From: an uncultured Clostridium sp.
GTDB taxonomy: Bacteria > Bacillota > Clostridia > Christensenellales > CAG-138
DNA length: 64,000 nt
Assembly: GCA_964612925.1 (NCBI GenBank)
Contig: CAZTFU010000005.1
Location: 11,578-75,577 of the forward strand
Direction of reading: 5' to 3'
Both the position numbers and the translations under genes were made by a program. The notes under the pieces are model-generated. The model was not told the DNA's origin, made no database searches, and saw only the letters and a list, made by a program, of their open reading frames with translations. Positions 56,600 through 64,000 of the stretch are shown one piece after another (the first letter of the stretch is position 1; the number at the start of each line of letters is the position of its first letter).

Positions 56600-57208
56600 C
56601 TATTCGTTTACGTCCAATCTTATGCAGGAAAGCTCATATGCCGTTTTTGCATATGTGCTGCCGTTTTCGTTTTTGGTATATTCGCGGCTTTGAAGTCGAC
56701 CCTCTACGCTTATCCGCGTGCCTACCGAAAGCTCCTTTGCCGCATGTGCGGCACTGCCCCATGCTATGCACGGAATATAGTCCGCCTTGCCATGGCTCCT
56801 GTTTACCGCAATAAGCAGATCCGTTATTTCGCGGCCGAAAGGCGTTACCCTAAATACCGTGGGTCTGCATACGCTTCCCGAAAGGGTCACCATGTTCAGC
56901 GGCGCAAGCTGCCCATCAACGCGCACTATCCTTTTCGCAAAAGGACGAATCAGCAGCCTGCTTGCACCGTCCATATGGCGATTATACGATCTCAGTTCCC
57001 CGCCAATCTCTACCGTATCGCCCAAGGAAAGCGGCTTCATCGCCCGAGCGGGAACCGTTATGGGCAGCGTGTCCGCAGTTCCGCTCAGCCGCAGTATTTC
57101 TATCGCCCCGACATACAGCGTTTCACCGTATGCTTCATGTTCCGCCGTAAGCGGCCTGACAAGCGTGCCGCGCATAATAAGTCCGTTTTCGTCCCGTGTA
57201 TAGCTCAT
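56600..57208 (-). CDS. SSB-like protein with two tandem OB folds, no acidic tail
   Basis: Track ORF 56600..57319. The start is moved to ATG 57208, 6 nt after GGAGA and downstream of the parC stop. The second half (NMVTLSGSVCRPTVFRVTPFGREITDLLIAVNR...IPCIAWGSAAHAAKELSVGTRISVEGRLQSREY) is SSB-like. The first half has the same pattern. Confidence 0.6.
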   Translation of the reverse strand: MSYTRDENGLIMRGTLVRPLTAEHEAYGETLYVGAIEILRLSGTADTLPITVPARAMKPLSLGDTVEIGGELRSYNRHMDGASRLLIRPFAKRIVRVDGQLAPLNMVTLSGSVCRPTVFRVTPFGREITDLLIAVNRSHGKADYIPCIAWGSAAHAAKELSVGTRISVEGRLQSREYTKNENGSTYAKTAYELSCIRLDVNE

Positions 57209-57263
57209 ATCCGTTCTCCATATCAATTCGTTATATAGAATTGATATGATAAACGGTGCCGTG

Positions 57264-59684
57264 TTATGTATCCTGCCTGTGTGCGCCGATAACCACATCG
57301 TCAAGCAATGCCATAACAAGTATCGTGCCTTTGCCGGCGCGCGGTTCTATACGAACAAGCTCCGTAGTGTCTATGTGCGTTTTTGTGCCGTGGAACTGTT
57401 CTACGTCAAAGGCAAAAGGCACCGTAACGTGGAACACGGCGGCTATTGATGTGCCGTTGCTGCCGTTTTTCTTAAAATCAAACGTCTTTAACCCCTTGCC
57501 GTTGCGCCCCTGTATATCATATTCAAATACAAAGCTGCGCTTTGCGTAGCCGCGGTCGGTTATGGTCAATATTTCGCCTTCATCGGTTATTTGGCCAAAG
57601 TACATGACCTCATCCCCCGCGTCAAGCTTTATACACTTTACGCCCGCACTAACGCGCCCCATCTCGGGCACGGTATCCGTTTCAAAGCGTATGCTCATGC
57701 CGCGCCGCGTGACAAGCAGTATAGTGCGGTCATTAAGTAAAGGCTCTATACCTATTACCTCGTCACCGTCCTTCAACGCGGCCGCCTGAATACGCTTGGT
57801 TTTTGTAACGTATTCCTCGGCCTTTGTGCGCTTTACATTGCCGTTTTTCATAAAGAACAGCAGCTCGTCCCCTTCAAACGCATCAAAGCAAGCGATAAGC
57901 CTTTCATTCTTTTCAAGTGCGGCAATGGTATTGAGGTTCACGGCCTTTGCGCCGGGCTTTGTTTCCGCAATTTCGTCCACGCGCAGTGTTATCAAATTGC
58001 CAAGGTTCGTGAACAGCTTCAGCTTTTTATCCGTTGCGGTATCAAATGTCCACATCGGCGTTTCGGCTTCATTGAGCAATGTATCCTTCTGTTTTCTGGC
58101 AACTCGCCTCAGTTTACCGTCACCCGTTACGGAAACGCTTACATCCACTGCGGCTATTTCCGCCTCGTTCACCTCTATTACGGGTTCCGCGTCTATCAGC
58201 TCGGTCATTCTGGGCTTAGCGTATTTTTCTCTTATCTCGCCAAGTTCTTCCTTTATGACCTGATGAAGCTTTTGGGGAGAAGCAAGTATACTGCGCAGAT
58301 CCTTTATGGTTTTGAGTATGTCCTTGTGTTCCTTTTCAATGGCAAGCAGTTCAAGATTTGTCAGCCTTTGCAGTCTCAGGTCAAGTATTGCCTGCGCCTG
58401 AATTTCAGTTAGTTCAAACCGCTTCATAAGCGATTCGCGGGCTATCTTGGGCGTTTTTGAGGCGCGGATTATCGCAATCACCTCATCAATGTTCAGCACC
58501 GCTATCGAAAGGCCATTCAATATGTGCTCACGTTTAAGTGCCGCGTCAAGGTCATATTGAGTGCGCCGCGTAACAACGTTTTCCTGATGGGCGATGTAAT
58601 AGCGCAACATGTCCTTTAGCCCAAGCTGTTGCGGCTTTCCTTCCGCTATCGCCACCATGTTTACGCCGAACGTTACCTGAAGGTCGGAGTATTTATAAAG
58701 ATATTGAAGTATCCTTTCGGCATCGGCATCCTTTTTTACCTCTATAACGGCCCGCATGCCCATTCTGTCGGATTCGTCGCGTATGTCGCTCACGCCCGCA
58801 AACATGGCTTTCTTCTCCTGCGTTATTTTGAGTATGCCTTCAAGTGCACGTGCCTTGTTCACCTGATACGGCATTTCGGTTGCAACGATAAGCTTTTTGC
58901 CGTTTTTCTGTTCCTCAATGTGGCACTTTGCGCGCACGGTAAGCTTACCGCGGCCCGTTTCATACGCACTGATAAGCTCACTTGACGACAGTATGTAGCC
59001 GCCCGTGGGAAAATCCGGGCAGGGTATTATTTTCATAAGCTCATCAAGGCTTATATCGGGGTTTTCCATCTGCGCCACTACGGCATCTATGGTTTCGGCA
59101 AAGTTGTGCGGCGGTATTGCCGTTGCAAGGCCCACCGCTATACCGTTTGCACCGTTTACGAGAAGGTTCGGAAAACGGCCGGGCAAAAGCTCCGGTTCCT
59201 TTTCGGTATCGTCAAAGTTCAATGTGAACTTCACCGTATCCTTATCTATATCACGCAACAATTCCAATGCAAGCGGCGTCATGCGTGCCTCGGTATAGCG
59301 CATTGCGGCGGCACTGTCGCCGTCAATGCTGCCGAAGTTGCCGTGCCCGTCCACAAGCGGTGCACGCATATTGAAATCCTGCGCCATGCGTACCATTGCA
59401 TCATATACGCTTGTATCGCCGTGCGGATGATATTTACCCAAGCAATCGCCCACTATACGCGCACTTTTTCTGTGCGGCTTATCGGGCGTGTTGCCAAGGC
59501 CAAGCATGGTATAGAGTATCCTTCTCTGTACGGGCTTGAGTCCGTCCTCCACGCGGGGCAATGCGCGTTCCAATATAACGTGTTCGGCATAGGGCAGCAT
59601 GGATTCGTGCATAACGCTGTCCATGCTTTTTGTAAGTATATTTTTGTCCGTTGCAATGGGCGGCCTTTCATCCTTTTTAGCCAT
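57264..59684 (-). CDS. parC: type IIA topoisomerase subunit A, probably topoisomerase IV ParC
   Basis: [47 protein letters not shown], and catalytic Tyr region [11 protein letters not shown] found no GyrA-box (QRRGGKG-like) in the C-terminal domain, and the locus is not next to dnaA/dnaN/recF. Confidence 0.75.
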   Translation of the reverse strand: MAKKDERPPIATDKNILTKSMDSVMHESMLPYAEHVILERALPRVEDGLKPVQRRILYTMLGLGNTPDKPHRKSARIVGDCLGKYHPHGDTSVYDAMVRMAQDFNMRAPLVDGHGNFGSIDGDSAAAMRYTEARMTPLALELLRDIDKDTVKFTLNFDDTEKEPELLPGRFPNLLVNGANGIAVGLATAIPPHNFAETIDAVVAQMENPDISLDELMKIIPCPDFPTGGYILSSSELISAYETGRGKLTVRAKCHIEEQKNGKKLIVATEMPYQVNKARALEGILKITQEKKAMFAGVSDIRDESDRMGMRAVIEVKKDADAERILQYLYKYSDLQVTFGVNMVAIAEGKPQQLGLKDMLRYYIAHQENVVTRRTQYDLDAALKREHILNGLSIAVLNIDEVIAIIRASKTPKIARESLMKRFELTEIQAQAILDLRLQRLTNLELLAIEKEHKDILKTIKDLRSILASPQKLHQVIKEELGEIREKYAKPRMTELIDAEPVIEVNEAEIAAVDVSVSVTGDGKLRRVARKQKDTLLNEAETPMWTFDTATDKKLKLFTNLGNLITLRVDEIAETKPGAKAVNLNTIAALEKNERLIACFDAFEGDELLFFMKNGNVKRTKAEEYVTKTKRIQAAALKDGDEVIGIEPLLNDRTILLVTRRGMSIRFETDTVPEMGRVSAGVKCIKLDAGDEVMYFGQITDEGEILTITDRGYAKRSFVFEYDIQGRNGKGLKTFDFKKNGSNGTSIAAVFHVTVPFAFDVEQFHGTKTHIDTTELVRIEPRAGKGTILVMALLDDVVIGAHRQDT

Positions 59685-61663
59685 TACCGCATACCCCCTT
59701 CATCCTTACTGCGCCGTGCCTTTTCTTCAAAGGCATCCACCTTGTTGAAATTGGCGAATTCGCTTATGTATTCCTTTCTCGGGCCAACCTTATCCCCCAT
59801 AAGCAGTGTAACAAGGTGCTCAACATCCGCCGCATCTTCTATGTTTACCCGTATCAGCGTTCTGTTTTCGGGATTCATTGTCGTTTCCCAAAGCTGTTCG
59901 GGATTCATTTCGCCAAGTCCCTTATACCTTTGCAGGCTATAGCCCTTGCCGACCGTTTTAAGTGCTTTGTTAAGTGCGGCATCATCATAAAGATACTGTA
60001 TTTTTTCGCCCTTTTGCAGTTTGTAAAGCGGCGGCTGACCCATATACACATGCCCCTCGGTAATAAGTTCCTTCATATACCGATAGAAGAAGGTCAAAAG
60101 TATTGCCCTTATGTGTGCTCCATCCTGGTCGGCATCGGAAAGGATAATTATTTTATCGTACTTTAGACCCGAAATGTCAAAATCCTCGCCTATGCCCGTG
60201 CCTATTGCGGTTATTATGCTGCGGAATTCCTCATTTTGCAGTACCTGATCTATGCGCTTTTTTTCAACGTTGAGCGGCTTGCCCCTAAGCGGCAATATCG
60301 CCTGAAAACGCCTGTCCCTGCCCTGCTTGGCACTGCCGCCCGCACTGTCGCCTTCGACTATAAAAAGCTCGTTTATTTTATAATCCCTACCCGTACAGCT
60401 TGAAAGCTTGCCCACAAGCGGTGCGTTTTCAAGCTTGCTCTTTTCGCGCGCCATTGACTTGGCCTTTCGTGCCGTTTCCCTTACCTTTGCGGCCTTTATT
60501 GCCTTATCCGCCATAAGCGATGCCGTTTCCGCATTTTTAAGATCCTCAAGATATGGCACAAGCAGCTCGTTCAATACAGATTCTACCGCACTCTTGGCTT
60601 CCGTATTGCCAAGGCGCGTTTTGGTTTGCCCCTCAAACTGGATGGAATGCATTTTAAGTGAAAGCACGGCAGTAAGTCCCTCGCGGAAATCCTCTCCGCT
60701 AAGCGATGCATCCTTGTCCTTCAGCGTGCCCACCTTGCGGCAATAATCGTTCATTATTTTGGTAAGCGCACTTTTAAGGCCCGTTTCATGCGTGCCGCCT
60801 TCGGTCGTGGGGATATTGTTTACATATGAAAATATGCTTTCGGTATACCCGTCATTGTGCTGCATGGCAAGTTCAACAACAATGCCGTCCTTTTTGCCCG
60901 AAATATGTATGGGCTCCGCATACAGCGGCGTTTTGTCCGCATTAAGGTAGCGCACAAAGTCCGAAAGGCCGCCCTCAAAGCAGTATTCTCTTTCCTTTTT
61001 GTCACCGCGTGCGCGTTCGTCGCACAGCGTAAAGCGCACACCCTTATTAAGGTATGCAAGCTCCCTAAGCCGCTTTGATATTATGTCAAAGCTCATTTCA
61101 ATCGTTTCAAAAACGTTTCTGTCAGGCAGAAACGTTACCCTTGTGCCGCGCCGCCTTGTGCGCCCGGTTTCCTCAAGCGGGCCCTGCGGCACACCCGAGT
61201 GGCTTTTCCCATCTTCATCAATGTAGCTGTGGAACCGCTGAACATAGCTTTTGCCTTCCGTTGCAACCTCAACCACAACGTATTCGCTAAGTGCGTTCAC
61301 AACGCTTGCACCAACGCCGTGCAAGCCGCCCGAATAGCCGTATGCGTCATTATCAAACTTGCCGCCCGCATGCAGTTGAGTATACACCACCTCAACACCG
61401 CTTACGCCAAGTTTTTCGTGTATGCCCACGGGTATGCCGCGCCCGTTATCCTCAACGGTGACGGAGTTATCCTTATTAAGTGTAACATTCACCGTGTCCG
61501 CAAAGCCGTTTGCGGCCTCATCAACGGCGTTGTCAACTATCTCCCAAAGCATGTGATGCAGCCCGCGCGAACCGGTAGAGCCGATGTACATGCCGGGTCG
61601 CATACGCACAGCCTCAAGCCCCTCCATTACCTTTATATCGCTTACGGTATAGTCCTTGGACAT
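59684..61663 (-). CDS. parE: type IIA topoisomerase subunit B, probably topoisomerase IV ParE
   Basis: Track ORF 59684..61717. The start is moved to ATG 61663 behind GGTGGAGG. GHKL ATPase motifs ([30 protein letters not shown]) and Toprim ([20 protein letters not shown]) are present. The stop overlaps the parC ATG (TAATG). Confidence 0.78.
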   Translation of the reverse strand: MSKDYTVSDIKVMEGLEAVRMRPGMYIGSTGSRGLHHMLWEIVDNAVDEAANGFADTVNVTLNKDNSVTVEDNGRGIPVGIHEKLGVSGVEVVYTQLHAGGKFDNDAYGYSGGLHGVGASVVNALSEYVVVEVATEGKSYVQRFHSYIDEDGKSHSGVPQGPLEETGRTRRRGTRVTFLPDRNVFETIEMSFDIISKRLRELAYLNKGVRFTLCDERARGDKKEREYCFEGGLSDFVRYLNADKTPLYAEPIHISGKKDGIVVELAMQHNDGYTESIFSYVNNIPTTEGGTHETGLKSALTKIMNDYCRKVGTLKDKDASLSGEDFREGLTAVLSLKMHSIQFEGQTKTRLGNTEAKSAVESVLNELLVPYLEDLKNAETASLMADKAIKAAKVRETARKAKSMAREKSKLENAPLVGKLSSCTGRDYKINELFIVEGDSAGGSAKQGRDRRFQAILPLRGKPLNVEKKRIDQVLQNEEFRSIITAIGTGIGEDFDISGLKYDKIIILSDADQDGAHIRAILLTFFYRYMKELITEGHVYMGQPPLYKLQKGEKIQYLYDDAALNKALKTVGKGYSLQRYKGLGEMNPEQLWETTMNPENRTLIRVNIEDAADVEHLVTLLMGDKVGPRKEYISEFANFNKVDAFEEKARRSKDEGGMR

Positions 61664-61816
61664 ATTTCCTCCACCTTTTACCGCATATATTGCGGCACTA
61701 ATTTTTTCAACAGTCAATATTTAATTATAATACATTGGATTATTATGGACAAGTCGCGGATGAATATTTAACTTTTTTACAGGCAGACTATATAAAAAAG
61801 TATAGGAGATGATCTT

Positions 61817-62245
61817 ATGAATGATACGGTAAAGCTTTGCCGTGAAATAAGTGAAAGTGCCGACATCGGCAAGGCCGTGCTTTCCCGCCTTATAAAGCGC
61901 TGTAAGGATGCTTCCTTCCGTTCCGTTATGGCGGATATGTTTGCCGCCTACCACCGCATTTTTACCGAGGCGGAGGAACTGCTTGACGAGCGTTGTAACT
62001 GCGGCTGTGGTGCAAGCAAAAAACAGAAAAAGCCCATAATGGCGGGCCTTATGCTGAACACGGCCGTTGACGCAACGCCCTCCCATCTTGCGGAAATGCT
62101 TGTGCAGGGCTGTGCAATGAGCCTTATTAACATTTCCCGTGCGCAAAATGAATTTGTGCGCTGTGATGACGATGCAAAACAGCTTTGCACAAGGGCATTA
62201 AAAAATGAGCAGGAAAGTATAATGAACCTGCTCAAGTTTGTTTAA
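61817..62245 (+). CDS. hypothetical helical protein
   Basis: 142 aa with RBS AGGAGA upstream. It is predicted helical and contains a CNCGCG cysteine cluster. I recognise no family. Confidence 0.5.
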   Translation: MNDTVKLCREISESADIGKAVLSRLIKRCKDASFRSVMADMFAAYHRIFTEAEELLDERCNCGCGASKKQKKPIMAGLMLNTAVDATPSHLAEMLVQGCAMSLINISRAQNEFVRCDDDAKQLCTRALKNEQESIMNLLKFV

Positions 62246-62775
62246 TCGCGCATAAGTTCGGAGTATATCGCTCCGTATACGGCCTGACTGCGTTCCTCCC
62301 ATACGGAGCAGACGTGGCGGGCCGTTTCCTCATCGGGAAGCAATAATTCAAGCTTTATCAAATCGCCGTGGGGCTCCATCACCCTAAGCGTTACGCGCCG
62401 CGCATTTCGGCTTGCGGAATCGCGATCTATCCTTGTTGAATACTGCGTGCGCCTTATAAGCTCGGGCGCAAACTCCCGCGCCTTTTCGGCTATCCTTTCC
62501 CTTAATGAATTGGGCAACTGCATTGCGAACATTTCAAGCGTTTCCAGCCCCTGCGGCGTGATGAAATACGCCTGTCCGTACGGGCGCGGCACCGCACTTA
62601 TAAGTCCTTCCTCCTCAAGCTCGTATGCGGCATTTTGCACCTCAAAATACCCAAGCAGATCATATGAGCAAAAGAATTCGGAAAGCTGTTCCTTTGTGGG
62701 CTGCATATTCAGTGCCTTCAGCCCGTGCATAAGCATCAGCTTATCCTTTGTTACGCCGGAAGAAAAATACTCCAT
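62242..62775 (-). CDS. DUF4364-family protein (putative regulator)
   Basis: Track ORF 62242..62826. The start is moved to ATG 62775 behind AGGAGG. The sequence resembles the clostridial DUF4364 family as I recall it (LMLMHGLKALNMQPTKEQLSEFF...YFEVQNAAYELEEEGLI). Confidence 0.6.
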   Translation of the reverse strand: MEYFSSGVTKDKLMLMHGLKALNMQPTKEQLSEFFCSYDLLGYFEVQNAAYELEEEGLISAVPRPYGQAYFITPQGLETLEMFAMQLPNSLRERIAEKAREFAPELIRRTQYSTRIDRDSASRNARRVTLRVMEPHGDLIKLELLLPDEETARHVCSVWEERSQAVYGAIYSELMRD

Positions 62776-62786
62776 ATGCTTCCTCC

Positions 62787-63416
62787 TTATAAACTGCCGC
62801 CCCTCGGCAATGCTTCGCTTACGCATTCTATCGCGGCCGTAATGCCGCGCACAATATCGTCAATCGGGATAAACGGTGTGCCCGGCTTATCCGCAACCTG
62901 TTCTTCTATATACGGAACATGTATAAAGCCCGCGGGTATAAATCGCGGCGCATGGCTTAAGTATTCAAGCAGCGAATACATTACCGCATTGCACACATAT
63001 GTGCCCGCGGTATTCGATATTGCCGCCTTCACGTTGACCCTTTCAATGGCATTCGTAATGCTTTTTATAGGCAATGTTGAGAAAAATGCATTCGGCGCAC
63101 CCACAACAACGCTTTCGTCATTCGGCATAAAGCCGGAATTGTCAGCAATGCGGGCATCCATTATGTTAATCGCCACACGTTCGGGCGTTATTGCCGCCCT
63201 GCCGCCCGCTTGACCCAAGCATATCACGGCCGAGGGTTTAACCTCATCCACATATCGGCGTATGCCTTCCGCAGCGTCCAAAAACGATACCTTGAGCGAA
63301 CGCTTTTCAAGCTTCATGCCACCTATATTCGGCGCAAGTCGTTCCACAGCCAATTCGGACGGGTTTATGCTTTCCCCGCCAAACGGTTCAAATGCCGTTA
63401 TAAGCAGCGTTTTCAT
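62787..63416 (-). CDS. pcp: pyroglutamyl-peptidase I
   Basis: MKTLLITAFEPFGGESINPS, catalytic Cys context GTYVCNAVMYSLL, and GFIHVP. Confidence 0.92.
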   Translation of the reverse strand: MKTLLITAFEPFGGESINPSELAVERLAPNIGGMKLEKRSLKVSFLDAAEGIRRYVDEVKPSAVICLGQAGGRAAITPERVAINIMDARIADNSGFMPNDESVVVGAPNAFFSTLPIKSITNAIERVNVKAAISNTAGTYVCNAVMYSLLEYLSHAPRFIPAGFIHVPYIEEQVADKPGTPFIPIDDIVRGITAAIECVSEALPRGGSL

Positions 63417-63419
63417 TCG

Positions 63420-64000
63420 TTACTTTGCCTTTCGATAATGCTGCCCCGCCGAAAGCGATATGCCCTTGGCTTCAAACAGCTCGCTTACGGTCACAAGCTT
63501 ATAGCCCTGTTCCAACAGTGCGGGGATTATCTTCTCCGCCGCCTCCGCAGTGGATTCCCTAACGTCATGCATAAGCACTATGTCACCGTCAGTAGCCTTC
63601 ATGGCCTCCTCAACGGTGCTGTCAGCATCCCTCGTTTTCCAGTCAAGCGTATCTATGCTCCACAGTATAAGCGGATACTGTACCGTTGCGCGAACGGTAT
63701 CATCCTTTGCGCCGTACGGCGGGCGAACAAGTCTTGGACGAATGCCTATCAGGTTTTCAACAAGATCCGCCTCACTTTCAACCTGCGTGACTATTTCGTC
63801 CTCTGATATCTTGGTAAGGTTCTTGTGGTCATAGGTGTGGTTTGCGATTTCACATCCAAGCTCATTTGCACGCTTTACAACATTGGGGAATTTCTCCACC
63901 TGCGAACCGAGTGTGAAGAATGTCACATGCACGTTCTCGTCGGCATATGCTTCAACAACATCCAATATGCGGTTCGTGGTCTCACCGTAGGGTCCGTCGT
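63420..64000 (-). CDS. polysaccharide deacetylase (NodB homology domain); 5' end outside window
   Basis: The reading frame stays open to the window edge (…DGPYGETTNRILDVVEAYADENVHVTFFTLGSQ…). NodB motifs are HTYDH, RPPYG and LMHD. Confidence 0.85.
   Translation of the reverse strand, partial: DGPYGETTNRILDVVEAYADENVHVTFFTLGSQVEKFPNVVKRANELGCEIANHTYDHKNLTKISEDEIVTQVESEADLVENLIGIRPRLVRPPYGAKDDTVRATVQYPLILWSIDTLDWKTRDADSTVEEAMKATDGDIVLMHDVRESTAEAAEKIIPALLEQGYKLVTVSELFEAKGISLSAGQHYRKAK

Noticed and set aside
57264-61663. Calling the topoisomerase pair gyrB-gyrA.
   Set aside because: No GyrA-box was found in the A subunit's C-terminal domain, KPVQRR is ParC-like, and the locus is not in the dnaA-dnaN-recF context. 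Topoisomerase IV is the better call, though only phylogeny can settle it.
1-64000. CRISPR arrays, tRNA, rRNA, tmRNA, transposases, integrases, phage or defence-system genes.
   Set aside because: No regularly spaced direct repeats, tRNA-like T-arm sequences or rRNA segments were seen while reading the intergenic regions. All large ORFs have housekeeping assignments.

Overview
This is a chromosomal, mostly housekeeping window from an anaerobic, spore-forming Firmicute. The class Clostridia, with gene content resembling Oscillospiraceae/Ruminococcaceae, is an inference from gene content only. About 57 protein genes tile the window almost without gaps. From left to right they are as follows. A membrane-anchored beta-propeller protein (cut by the window edge) is followed by a LysR regulator and a kinase-fold protein. 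Next is a sensory [FeFe]-hydrogenase module (small 2Fe-2S ferredoxin, HydS with PAS domain, PP2C phosphatase). It runs directly into an electron-bifurcating HydC-HydB-HydA hydrogenase, a second small ferredoxin and NfnAB. Then come LonA-EngB, a zinc-ribbon/acidic-tail protein, a metallophosphoesterase and a uracil permease with a leader-peptide/terminator leader. After these are ClpX-ClpP-trigger factor, an SGNH hydrolase, LonB and TldD/PmbA. An SOS-boxed Y-family polymerase with YolD follows, then an Fe-S aldo/keto reductase, a WG-repeat protein and tdh-kbl. A long minus-strand block holds mreBCD, PBP2, lgt, pncB, a lipoprotein, a GNAT and psuK-psuG. Next are an ABC importer pair, PadR-DUF2812, a Zn-ADH and gerM-rdgB-phosphoesterase. 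The window ends with RqcH, an SSB-like tandem OB protein, parE-parC, DUF4364, pcp and a polysaccharide deacetylase (cut by the window edge). I saw no rRNA, tRNA, CRISPR array, transposase, prophage or recognisable defence genes. The features not explained by ordinary annotation are two families of non-coding repeats in three intergenic sites. One is a ~279-bp element with ~24-bp terminal inverted repeats and TTA flanks (two inverted copies). The other is a ~185-bp five-hairpin element (two inverted copies) whose stems differ between copies by compensatory changes. At 25.9-26.4 kb the first element is nested inside the second, and the copy at 36.2 kb looks like the uninterrupted site. Other points worth a second look are the HydS-PP2C sensory module with a probably catalytically degenerate kinase-fold gene just upstream, a pyrBI-like leader peptide and attenuator ahead of the uracil permease, and a Cys/Glu-rich tail on Lgt. 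All calls come from reading the sequence and the supplied ORF track. No database search was run.
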